Source: an uncultured Candidatus Saccharibacteria bacterium (GTDB lineage Bacteria; Patescibacteriota; Saccharimonadia; CAILAD01; BJGX01). From it: DNA of 64,000 nt. Where the stretch lies: NCBI GenBank assembly GCA_964552475.1, contig CAZKFZ010000001.1, positions 35,347-99,346 on the forward strand, written 5' to 3'. The notes below the pieces were generated by a model. That model was not told the origin of the DNA and ran no database searches. It was given only the letters and a program-made list of their open reading frames with translations. Below, in pieces: positions 17,598 to 26,158 of this stretch. A program made the translations under genes and the position numbers. Within the stretch, counting starts at the first letter, position 1. Each line of letters starts with the position of its first letter.

Positions 17598-17626
17598 TTG
17601 CAAATTTATAAATTTACTAGTATAAT
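17598..17626 (+). promoter_or_regulatory. sigma70-like promoter for the flotillin-like gene
   Basis: TTGCAA, 17 nt spacer, TATAAT, about 45 nt upstream of the ATG at 17672. Confidence 0.55.
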
Positions 17627-17671
17627 ACTGCATCGGAATGTATTTCCTAAACGAAAGGTCCAACAAAGGAC

Positions 17672-19765
17672 ATGGTACCTTCCAATACATATGTACTAGG
17701 CGCATCTGAGGGACTCCCAATTGTGCCTATTGTGCTTGGAGTTGTTGCATTTATTGCGCTACTTATCGTGGCGCGATTTATCGTAAAGAGCTTCAATATG
17801 ATTGGCCCAGATGAGTTTGGGTTGGTAGAGAAGCGCCTGGGCAAGAAGTTGCCAGAGGGTCAGTTAATCGCTTTTAACGGCGAGGCCGGCTATCAGGCGG
17901 AGTTGCTTCAGCCAGGCTTACGCTTCAAGCTCTGGCCTCTGTATTGGGTCACTAAGTACCCTCTGGTGCAGGTTGCTGCCGGTGAGATTGGTCTTGTTGT
18001 GGCCCAGGCCGGTGGTGATTTACCCCCAGGCTTCAAGTCTGGTGTCTACAAAGACGAGTTTGGTCTTTTTGCCAACCTAGAAACGTTTATTCAGAACGGT
18101 GGACAGCGTGGCGTGCAGAGACAGGTTTTGCCTCCGGGTACAACCCAGCAGATGCACCCTATCGCATTCATTGTACGGACTCGGTCTGAGACTTTCGGCA
18201 CGGTTTTGTCGGAGTCGGCTGAGGAAGTGCTGAATAGAATTCCGCCCGAAAAATTGGTGCCGTTCACTATTGAACCCCAGGGTCATACCGACGTAGTGGG
18301 TGTGGTTACTACACTCGAAGGCGCTCCGGCCAAAGGCATCGCCAGTCGGCTTGGTAACTTCGACGATGTAGTAGAAGCTGAGGCAGCAGATACGGCGGCT
18401 AACACCATCATCACAACGGTGCTTGCGCCCAAAAACAACCTGCACAACAACTACCAGGATTTCCAGGCTTTTCTGGATGCTGGTGGGTGCATTGGCCTCC
18501 AGCACGATCCACTACTTTACGGGCAGTACATGCTAAACCCCTACCTGGTTTCAGTTGAGCTTCGCGAGATGCTCGTTGTGCGCCAGGGCGAGGTTGCTGT
18601 GGTTAAGGCCTACGTAGGCCTACCCACCGAAGATACGTCTGGCGAGGAGTTTAAGTTTGGCTCTATTGTAGAGCCAGGTCATCAGGGTATTTGGTCGGAG
18701 CCACTGCGCACCGGCAAGTACACCCTTAACCCACGCATTTACGAGGCCGAGATTGTACCGACCTCTATCCTTACACTCAACTGGGCCAATGCAACCAGCG
18801 AGGCTCACAACCTCGATGGTTCGTTGTCGTCGATTCACGCCAAGAGCAAGGAAGCGTTCGATTTTAGCATTGATCTGCAGGTGCAGATTCACGTGCCCGA
18901 CACTCGAGCACCCAAGGTTATTAGCATGGTTGGTACCATGCAGAACCTGGTTAATGAGGTTCTGCAGTCGGCGGTAGGCAACTACTTCCGTAATACACTG
19001 CAGTCTCTAGGCGCCGCTGAGTTCATTCAGAAGCGTGACGAAGTCCAGGCCCAGGCCGAGAACTACGTCATGGGTTACCTCTCGCGTTATGAGGTAGAGG
19101 TGCGCGGTGTTTACATCCAGGATGTGGTCTTCCCACCAGAGTTGGTAGAGGTGCTTACAACGCGAGAAATCGCAGCACAGCAGACTCAAACCTACCAGAG
19201 CCAGATGGTAGCCGAGCAGGCTCGAATTGACCTGGAGAACCAAAAGGGCGTGGCCGATGCCCAGGCCGATTTGGCAAGGGCTCGGGTTTCGGTGGATGTT
19301 AACGATGCCGAGGCTCAGGCTGCGGTTAAGCGTGCTGAAGGTGAGGCTGCGGTCGTGCGTCAACGCGGTCAGGCTGCTGCCGATGTTACAAAGCTGACAG
19401 GTGAGGCTGAGGCTGCTGCCACACAAGCTACTGGTTTGGCCGAGGCCAAGGCCACCGAGGCCAAGGGTCTCGCGGTCGCCAAGGGCTTCGATGCTCAGCA
19501 GCGGGCTATTGGCCGTCAGCAGACTGGTTTGGTTGCTGCACTCGAGCAGATTGGCAAGGGTGGAGTGGTACTCACTCCGCAGATTCAGGTTGGTGGTGAC
19601 TCAGTAGGCTCTGGTCTACTAAACACCCTAATGACCTTAGGTGTCGATAAGATGGTGAACGACAACGGCGAGGGTTCGCCCGAGCTGGAGGCCGTTGATG
19701 CGTCGTCCGATGCTGAAGCCTCGGCTGAGCCGAGCGATGAAGCACCGTCAACCAACGAAGACTAA
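17672..19765 (+). CDS. SPFH/band-7 flotillin-family protein
   Basis: 697 aa. N-terminal TM, SPFH core (KSFNMIGPDEFGLVEKRLGK...), long C-terminal A/E/Q-rich repeats (AEAQAAVKRAEGEAAVVRQRGQAAAD...) typical of flotillin. Acidic tail. Elevated GC. Confidence 0.75.
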   Translation: MVPSNTYVLGASEGLPIVPIVLGVVAFIALLIVARFIVKSFNMIGPDEFGLVEKRLGKKLPEGQLIAFNGEAGYQAELLQPGLRFKLWPLYWVTKYPLVQVAAGEIGLVVAQAGGDLPPGFKSGVYKDEFGLFANLETFIQNGGQRGVQRQVLPPGTTQQMHPIAFIVRTRSETFGTVLSESAEEVLNRIPPEKLVPFTIEPQGHTDVVGVVTTLEGAPAKGIASRLGNFDDVVEAEAADTAANTIITTVLAPKNNLHNNYQDFQAFLDAGGCIGLQHDPLLYGQYMLNPYLVSVELREMLVVRQGEVAVVKAYVGLPTEDTSGEEFKFGSIVEPGHQGIWSEPLRTGKYTLNPRIYEAEIVPTSILTLNWANATSEAHNLDGSLSSIHAKSKEAFDFSIDLQVQIHVPDTRAPKVISMVGTMQNLVNEVLQSAVGNYFRNTLQSLGAAEFIQKRDEVQAQAENYVMGYLSRYEVEVRGVYIQDVVFPPELVEVLTTREIAAQQTQTYQSQMVAEQARIDLENQKGVADAQADLARARVSVDVNDAEAQAAVKRAEGEAAVVRQRGQAAADVTKLTGEAEAAATQATGLAEAKATEAKGLAVAKGFDAQQRAIGRQQTGLVAALEQIGKGGVVLTPQIQVGGDSVGSGLLNTLMTLGVDKMVNDNGEGSPELEAVDASSDAEASAEPSDEAPSTNED

Positions 19766-19802
19766 TTCGTACCTAGTACATGTAGAATAAATTGTACCCA
19801 AA

Positions 19803-19834
19803 GGCCCCAACAATTGTTGGGGCCTTTTACCTAT
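19803..19834. repeat. copy 2 of the 22-nt perfect palindrome plus tail; also the likely terminator of the flotillin gene
   Basis: GGCCCCAACAATTGTTGGGGCC followed by TTTTACCTAT, 38 nt after the stop at 19765. Confidence 0.8.
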
Positions 19835-19972
19835 TTAAAATCCCAAAACACAAATATAACTATAATCTACTAGGTATAATGTAAGTTTTATAAAATCAAG
19901 ACTAAACTACCCTGGTCTATTTATAAGTAGTATAATATACATCAATACTAAAACAGTTAAGCTTTGTAAAAA

Positions 19973-20641
19973 ATGTATAATCTAATACCTAAAGAATTTC
20001 TAAGAATAATTTACTCGCAACACAGTAAAGAGTTGGGTAAAAATCTTGCTGGTATAGTGTTGTGCGGTAGTGCAGCCAACCATAGCCTAGATCGTGACTC
20101 CGATATAGACTATGTTGTGATAGTTAAAAATTTAGATAAAAATAGCTACAAAGTCTTGGCTGATTTACGGCTTGCACTAGAAAAGCAACTTGGTTTGCAG
20201 TGCAGTAATACTGTTGTTGAGTATCACTCTATTAGAGATTTAAAAAACAACTATATGTACTTAGACGGTAAAGCAGTACAAGCCTGTATTGACTCAAACG
20301 CACAAAATACTTTACTAAATAAGAGTTATGCCATACCTAAGCTAGATTCTAGTACGGTCCGAAAGTTTTCGGCTCTAGATTTTCATAAGCTAAAAGCTCT
20401 TACTATTAAACAACTAGTAAGAATGTCTAATCCAGCTAGCTACAGCGAGAGACGTAAAGTAATAAAATTAGCTTATATTTTATGTAAAGTTTATGCACAG
20501 GCTAGTACAACTACTCAAGAAAAAGAGTATATGGATAGCATTAGAGACTCACTAATGTCAATAAAAAACAATATTCGCAAATATAATGATAGTCAGCTTT
20601 TTGAGGTTATTGCTAGAATAATTTCTCTAAATCTTCACTAG
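19973..20641 (+). CDS. minimal nucleotidyltransferase (Pol-beta superfamily; KNTase/Lnu-like)
   Basis: 222 aa. LCGSAANHSLDRDSDIDYVVIV is the G[GS]-x(9-13)-D-x-[DE] nucleotidyltransferase signature. Helical C-terminal domain. Confidence 0.6.
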   Translation: MYNLIPKEFLRIIYSQHSKELGKNLAGIVLCGSAANHSLDRDSDIDYVVIVKNLDKNSYKVLADLRLALEKQLGLQCSNTVVEYHSIRDLKNNYMYLDGKAVQACIDSNAQNTLLNKSYAIPKLDSSTVRKFSALDFHKLKALTIKQLVRMSNPASYSERRKVIKLAYILCKVYAQASTTTQEKEYMDSIRDSLMSIKNNIRKYNDSQLFEVIARIISLNLH

Positions 20642-21698
20642 GCTCTATAAAAAATTTTAGTTTTTCCCATAATGACATTTGTGTATTTGCAAACAAATGA
20701 GAAAAAACAAGAGATAGTTTTTGGTCTTCAATACTCATCTTGCTTAGTATAAAAGTTGTAAGCAGGCGAAACGAAATCGCTAGACTGGCTTGATCTAAGT
20801 ATGTTTTATGGTTTGCAACACTTAGTTTATTTATGTAATACTCAACAAATTGCAAAACTAGTTCTTGCCTGCTTGAATCTATATTTACTTTAATATTATT
20901 ACTATATATAGAAAAACATTTTGGTTTGGTAGCTAGTTGTTGAGATGTTTCTTGGCTAGCCCATTTGGCATATTTTGGGCCAAAATAATTGCCGGCAAAT
21001 AAAGTATGCCATAAAAATGTAGCTATGTCGGTAGCAATATGATTAAACCCAGCACCCTCAAAATCAACTATCGCGCCGCTGGTAAAAATATTGCGCTCGT
21101 GTAAGTCTCCTTGAGAGGGAACACAAATACCCAAACTAAAATCCTGAACTCCAGTGGCGATGTTTGTAAAAAAATCCGACTCCAATTTGGTTTTATAATT
21201 GCCAATACTAGGTAGATAGTTATGAATATTGCTACTAAGTAAACTTTTTAACTCAGGCTTAAAAAGTCTAGGCAATCTATCTAAATAAAATAGCTGAGTA
21301 CCACCATTAGAGTTGGTTTTAGACCAATTGGTGTTGGCGATAGTAGCTAGCTCTTGCCACAGTGAACTTAAGTCTGGAGTTTGGCCTAGCGAGAGGGCAT
21401 CGCCAACAGTAGTGCTATTGGCGCCTACGTTTTGGTAGTGAATTTCTAAACCATCTTTGTTTATTGAGAGACGGTTTGGGATGTTTTTATAGTAATGGCT
21501 AATAAAATCGTAGCCATTTAGCTCTAAATTGAACTGCTTGGCAGAATCAAAACGTTTTGTCACCGTGGGCTGGTGACTGTTATTAAATTTGTTAGGCTTT
21601 ACACGAAGCATAATAAATAGTATAATATCGCATAATTTAACAATTATCAATATGGCTAAGACAATAATCGAAATTTCCGGTCCAGATTTTGTAGGCAA
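20613..21698 (-). CDS. APH/choline-kinase-family phosphotransferase
   Basis: Brenner motif GDLHERNIF (HGDLHxxN) and IVDFEGAGFNHIATDIA (DFE...D). The first Met gives 361 aa and overlaps the divergent kinase gene. The internal Met at 21611 (MLRVKP) gives 333 aa with no overlap and is the more likely start. Confidence 0.6.
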   Translation of the reverse strand: MPTKSGPEISIIVLAILIIVKLCDIILFIMLRVKPNKFNNSHQPTVTKRFDSAKQFNLELNGYDFISHYYKNIPNRLSINKDGLEIHYQNVGANSTTVGDALSLGQTPDLSSLWQELATIANTNWSKTNSNGGTQLFYLDRLPRLFKPELKSLLSSNIHNYLPSIGNYKTKLESDFFTNIATGVQDFSLGICVPSQGDLHERNIFTSGAIVDFEGAGFNHIATDIATFLWHTLFAGNYFGPKYAKWASQETSQQLATKPKCFSIYSNNIKVNIDSSRQELVLQFVEYYINKLSVANHKTYLDQASLAISFRLLTTFILSKMSIEDQKLSLVFSHLFANTQMSLWEKLKFFIEPSEDLEKLF

Positions 21699-22872
21699 AT
21701 CTACACAGGCCGAATTACTTACCTATGAGACCCAAGCTTTGCATGTACATAACTTCGGCTCTTTAGCTGGCTATTCTAAAAAAATGCCAGATAGTTTGAG
21801 CCCGCAAGAATTTTTTAAATGGTGGTTTGAAAAGAGTAGTTTTAATGAGCTTTGCAGTGCGCTAATAGATGCCTACAATAACAGGCTGGCTACCATAGAG
21901 AAAGCAGAAAATCTAGATATTGCAGTAGTAGAGAGAGGGCGAGATATGTTGCGAGCGCAACTAGTTGCAACCTTTTTAACCCGTGAAAACAAGAACACAA
22001 AAGACACAGTAGCACTAGAAAAAATTACCACAGCAGTTGAAAATAAGATCGCAAAATATATGGTAGATGTGCCTCGTGACAGTAGAGTAGAGATATTTTT
22101 AAAACCTTGCAAACCGTGGCAGAGTGAAATAGAGTGTTACCACAAAGTTTTACGATCGGCTCGTAGTGAAGGATCGAGTTTTAGCGGGAGCCAAAACAAG
22201 CTATATGCTAACTATCAAAAAAACTTAAGTACTGTTTTAGAGCTTCAAACAGAGAGTAATTCATCTATATTAGTTGATTGCCCGGCTGTTGATGTGCAAA
22301 ACGTTATTCGCGCACAAGTAAGGAAACATAATATACCACCGCTTTTTGCTAATAATCCGGTAATTGTTGGTTTGGCAGGCTTAAGCGAAACTGGCAAGGG
22401 CGCAGTAGCTCAGTTTTTGCAAGATAACTTTGCCTTTACCAGGCTTAAGATTGGTTTTTTTAACGAACACTCTCGCGACCATCAAAAAGCCTACGCCAAA
22501 CCATCAAAAACCGCGCTTACAATTACCCATTTTTTAGCAACCAATAGGCATATACAAAGAGCGACACTAGAGAGTTTGCACGGCACCGATATTAGCATAG
22601 CTCTTAAGCTAATATTAGGTGAACGTTGGGTGCCAACTCTACTGACGTCGCCAGATACTTTAAGAGTCCAGCGAAATAATAGCCAATTTACCAATACAGA
22701 CCCTACTAAGCTCAGACGTGATCAACAAAATAAAGACAAAACTAAGCTCAAGCAAGGATTGGCCGAGTATCAAGAGCATGCCGATATTGTAGTAGACAAC
22801 TCTGGTACAATAAAACAGACAGCTAACAAAATAGTAAAACATATAGGGCAAAAACGTGATAGAACCAAATAA
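21652..22872 (+). CDS. two-domain P-loop kinase (thymidylate-kinase-like N-terminal domain)
   Basis: IIEISGPDFVGKSTQAELL is a Walker A in Tmk-like context, with a VVERGRD lid-like segment. The second half has another Gly-rich loop (GLAGLSETGKGA). The ORF track starts at 21589; the start at 21652 (MAKTII) is preferred because it removes the overlap with the divergent gene. Confidence 0.5.
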   Translation: MAKTIIEISGPDFVGKSTQAELLTYETQALHVHNFGSLAGYSKKMPDSLSPQEFFKWWFEKSSFNELCSALIDAYNNRLATIEKAENLDIAVVERGRDMLRAQLVATFLTRENKNTKDTVALEKITTAVENKIAKYMVDVPRDSRVEIFLKPCKPWQSEIECYHKVLRSARSEGSSFSGSQNKLYANYQKNLSTVLELQTESNSSILVDCPAVDVQNVIRAQVRKHNIPPLFANNPVIVGLAGLSETGKGAVAQFLQDNFAFTRLKIGFFNEHSRDHQKAYAKPSKTALTITHFLATNRHIQRATLESLHGTDISIALKLILGERWVPTLLTSPDTLRVQRNNSQFTNTDPTKLRRDQQNKDKTKLKQGLAEYQEHADIVVDNSGTIKQTANKIVKHIGQKRDRTK

Positions 22873-23377
22873 CGAACCAAGAGAATTAGAATCGGGTGTT
22901 CAGCCACCTCCAGAGCCACTACTTAGATTGCAGGAAAAGTATGCCTTTATGCCCAGCCCTATTACTGAGAGACCCAAAAGATGCCGAGCGATTATATATA
23001 ATCAAACAGGTGATAAGGTTCTGGGTATAAATCGCGTCCGTCCTGGTAGAGACCCTTATGTGGTGTACCCTGGCGGCGGCTTAGAAGAATCAGACCAAAA
23101 AGCTGTTGATGGTATTTGGCGAGAGTTACAAGAAGAGCTTGGGATAAGTAGAGATGATATTATCCTAACTGGCTCAGTTATTGAGCTAGAAGGTGAGTTT
23201 TTTTACTTGGGCTATGAACGCCATAAAATAGTAAATCTAACTATTGGTGGTCCTGAGGCCGAGCGTGACACGGCGGTTTCGGGTAGTTATGAGCCAGCTT
23301 GGCACAACACCACCTCTCTAATAGTGGATAATATGTTTCCGTCTGAAATAAGCGAGAGAATTGAAGAAACTGCTTAA
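22856..23377 (+). CDS. Nudix hydrolase
   Basis: 173 aa. PGGGLEESDQKAVDGIWRELQEELGI is a complete Nudix box (Gx5Ex7REUxEExGU). Confidence 0.75.
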   Translation: MIEPNNEPRELESGVQPPPEPLLRLQEKYAFMPSPITERPKRCRAIIYNQTGDKVLGINRVRPGRDPYVVYPGGGLEESDQKAVDGIWRELQEELGISRDDIILTGSVIELEGEFFYLGYERHKIVNLTIGGPEAERDTAVSGSYEPAWHNTTSLIVDNMFPSEISERIEETA

Positions 23378-23387
23378 ATATAGCGTT

Positions 23388-23609
23388 TTATTCTACGGTA
23401 TCTTCAGATTCAACATGAGAAGATGATACGTGACTTTCGTCTTTAACCACATAAGCAACTATTAGTGCTAGTGGAAAGAAGAACAAACTAAAGACAAAGT
23501 ACCCCCAAAAACTGTGACCTTTACGACCAGCGACTCGGGCAGGCCAAAATGCAATAGCTATCCAAATAATACCGGCTATCACCCAATAAATTGCCTGAAA
23601 AAGACCCAT
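23388..23609 (-). CDS. small membrane protein (hypothetical)
   Basis: 73 aa with two TM helices. Confidence 0.45.
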   Translation of the reverse strand: MGLFQAIYWVIAGIIWIAIAFWPARVAGRKGHSFWGYFVFSLFFFPLALIVAYVVKDESHVSSSHVESEDTVE

Positions 23610-23701
23610 AATGTACTCCTAACCTATTAAATTATTACTACTATATTATACCATAAAGATATATCTACAACCTTAACACTCACTTAAACCAAAATTAAAA
23701 C

Positions 23702-23732
23702 AGCCTATCACCATCTATGAAGGTGATAGGCT
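23702..23732 (-). terminator. rho-independent terminator for the 23761-24228 gene
   Basis: AGCCTATCACC-atctatgaa-GGTGATAGGCT, perfect 11-bp stem. On the minus strand it is followed by GTTTTAATTTT. It shares its arm sequence with the 4901-4936 terminator. Confidence 0.6.
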
Positions 23733-23760
23733 TATTAAGTTTTAGTTAGCTTCCTTAAGC

Positions 23761-24228
23761 TTAGACGCGCTCTAGAAGGCTACAAACTCTCTCTTGTGAT
23801 GTCTGGTGCACTACACAGAGGCCGTAAAGAACCGAGACGAACGGGCGAGATACTGGGGTGTCAACCCTTAGCTTGTTGCCAGGGTTGAAATCGGTAAGTG
23901 GTCGCTCATAGCCATTGCCGTAGTTTGCGCGAATACGTTGTCTATAGCACTCGCTACCCACCATCTTCATAGTAGTTACCTGTACGCCATTTCGCACCCA
24001 GAATCGCACATTGGCTTGACAATACATTCCGCCATTATATACTCTGAACTTATAAAAAGGCGTATCGTAGGCGATCCTTTCCACGTGCTGGCCAGCCTGC
24101 ACTTCTGGTACAGACGACAAGCTTTCGTCTGCAGAGGTTTGTGCACTAGCCGACGGGCTAGGCAAGTTTGGTGCTAGTGTAAGCACCAGCGCCAAGGCTG
24201 TAAACAACAAAACACTCTTTGCTCGCAT
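23761..24228 (-). CDS. secreted hypothetical protein
   Basis: 155 aa. Signal peptide (LLFTALALVLTLAPNLPSPSASA), Cys-containing mature domain. Confidence 0.5.
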   Translation of the reverse strand: MRAKSVLLFTALALVLTLAPNLPSPSASAQTSADESLSSVPEVQAGQHVERIAYDTPFYKFRVYNGGMYCQANVRFWVRNGVQVTTMKMVGSECYRQRIRANYGNGYERPLTDFNPGNKLRVDTPVSRPFVSVLYGLCVVHQTSQERVCSLLERV

Positions 24229-24329
24229 TTCGTTACCTTTTTGGTAGGGGGCAATATTTTAGGTGCCACTTAACCCAGATATTTTAGCTTAAAACTCATT
24301 AATAGTCAAGTAAAATTCAAGCAAGTGGA

Positions 24330-24980
24330 TTAGCGCAAACTGCGCGACAACAATCGAGTAAGTAAAGGCATAGCAAAGAACAACATAAATGCTGCCTGAC
24401 CAATAAATATTGATCCCCCCACAACTAGTAGCGAGGTAACTACTGCGGCGGTGTTGCGGGCTTTGTTGTAGGCAATATCTTTATCGGTAAGGCTTTCGTC
24501 AAAACTAAAGTCGGTAGAGAGTGCATAGCGCCATTGCCAAGCACTCACAATCGTAATTAGTGCATAATTAATAGGCAGTAGCATTCTACCCAGCACCAAA
24601 CCACTGTAATTACCGGCTATGCTTGCTGTAAGAGGCATAAAAACTACCAACAGTAACCTGAAAGTATTAATAGCGACTAAGTGCATATCTACTTGTTTTA
24701 TTTTTTCAAACTGGCGCAAATGTACAGACCAGGCACTACCAAGCATTAAAAAACTCACCACAAAACTTACAAGCATTGTGGAGTTATTGGTAATGTTTTG
24801 CCAGAGCTGTGTGCTGGTGTTGGCGTTGCCAAATTCACCAAATTTGAGGCCCAAAACCAAGAGAGTCATAGCAATTGCAAATACACCGTCTGATAGTGCC
24901 TCTACTCTGCGTGTAGAATAAAATTGATTAGAGTTGGTGTCTTTTTTTACCATTAGTATTATTGTAACAATGTTTGGCAA
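24330..24980 (-). CDS. TMEM175/DUF1211-family membrane protein (putative K+ channel)
   Basis: 216 aa. RRVEALSDGVFAIAMTLLVLGLK matches the RxxxFSDGVFAIAxTLLV signature helix of the family, with 5-6 further TM segments. Confidence 0.65.
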   Translation of the reverse strand: MPNIVTIILMVKKDTNSNQFYSTRRVEALSDGVFAIAMTLLVLGLKFGEFGNANTSTQLWQNITNNSTMLVSFVVSFLMLGSAWSVHLRQFEKIKQVDMHLVAINTFRLLLVVFMPLTASIAGNYSGLVLGRMLLPINYALITIVSAWQWRYALSTDFSFDESLTDKDIAYNKARNTAAVVTSLLVVGGSIFIGQAAFMLFFAMPLLTRLLSRSLR

Positions 24981-25077
24981 TATTTGGCAGTATCACAGCA
25001 GGTACTTGCTAAAAGTGCATATTTATAGTATATTATTGTTGATTTTTTGATGCTTTCAAATTTGAAAGGTTTTAAAA

Positions 25078-25548
25078 GTGGACTATACCACAATATCAAG
25101 AAAAAGAACCTTACAGCAAAAGATGCGACGCATTCATTGGGGCATTAGCCGAGCCAAGAACAAAATTTTTGCAAACCTAAACGGATATTTTTGGATACCT
25201 TGTCCTATTTGTGGTACCCCTTTTGGTGGGCACGAATGGCAGAATGGTCAATCTATGAAACTCAAAGAAGGTAGCCAGACAAATCAGGGAATTTGCCCAC
25301 CATGTTCGTGGGAGTTGGGCGAAGAGTCTGCCCAGATTTGCGATGAGCTTGGGCACATGTTGGTGTCGTCTTGGAGCCCAGCCCAAAACCCAAGAGTTGA
25401 TGATGACGGCATTATGCATATTGTAATTGAATTTGATACGAGTAGAACGCCAGACCGAGTAATGTGTAGTCGTTGTTTTCGCTATTTTGACCCAGTTACC
25501 AATCAACCCTTACCTAGAAGTCTAAAAATCACTAGTTACAACAAGTAG
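25078..25548 (+). CDS. Cys-rich (zinc-ribbon-like) hypothetical protein
   Basis: 156 aa. CPICG...H, CPPCSWELGEE and CSRCFRY pairs. Terminator immediately downstream. Confidence 0.45.
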   Translation: MDYTTISRKRTLQQKMRRIHWGISRAKNKIFANLNGYFWIPCPICGTPFGGHEWQNGQSMKLKEGSQTNQGICPPCSWELGEESAQICDELGHMLVSSWSPAQNPRVDDDGIMHIVIEFDTSRTPDRVMCSRCFRYFDPVTNQPLPRSLKITSYNK

Positions 25549-25551
25549 CTT

Positions 25552-25580
25552 CAACCCCAGTTTGTCTGGGGTTTTTATTT
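25552..25580 (+). terminator. rho-independent terminator
   Basis: AACCCCAG-tttgt-CTGGGGTT followed by TTTATTTT, 4 nt after the stop. Confidence 0.7.
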
Positions 25581-25651
25581 TATTTATTCTTTTAAAAAGA
25601 GTATGATAGTACTTAAGTTTATATTAAAAGAATTAAAGATAGGTTTTAATT

Positions 25652-26155
25652 ATGGCAAAGAGAAAAAATAGTAACATTGGCAGTAAAATATCATCACTCG
25701 TACTACCTAGTATGTTTATATTGGCCTGGGTGTTTGCATTTAGTGGTATGTCGGCGCCAGGAGCAGTTTTGGGTGAGGGAGCGAATGTTAGTTATCTCAA
25801 GTGGATACTTTACTTTGCTGGCTGGGTGTTTTTGTTCTCTAGCATTATGCATTCGGTTTTTGCCAAGAAAATGGCTGCAAGTATTGGCTGGAAAACTAAT
25901 GGCTTTCAATACGAAATTGCTTTTGTAAGCCTAGGCTTGGCGCTTGGTTGTTTTTACGCTGTTTATTACGGGGTAGTAGAGGCTTGGGTAGCTATTAGTC
26001 TACCCGTAATATCATTCTTGTTTTTGGCTGGAGTTAATCACCTAATAGAAATTATTCGTAATAAAAACTATGCACCCAATAACACCCTAATACTAGTTTG
26101 GGATTTTGGTGTGCCACTCTCGCTAGTATTTTTATTACTATCGGTTGTTAAATAA
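25652..26155 (+). CDS. integral membrane protein (hypothetical)
   Basis: 167 aa, 5 TM helices. Its stop is 3 nt before the GTG of the next gene. Confidence 0.5.
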   Translation: MAKRKNSNIGSKISSLVLPSMFILAWVFAFSGMSAPGAVLGEGANVSYLKWILYFAGWVFLFSSIMHSVFAKKMAASIGWKTNGFQYEIAFVSLGLALGCFYAVYYGVVEAWVAISLPVISFLFLAGVNHLIEIIRNKNYAPNNTLILVWDFGVPLSLVFLLLSVVK

Positions 26156-26158
26156 TTT

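Noticed and set aside
21589-21651. Upstream extension of the P-loop kinase ORF, and the first-Met start at 21698 of the APH-like gene, creating a 110-nt divergent overlap
   Set aside because: Using internal starts (21652 MAKTII; 21611 MLRVKP) removes the overlap and leaves a 40-nt divergent intergenic region. The extensions encode no recognisable domain.
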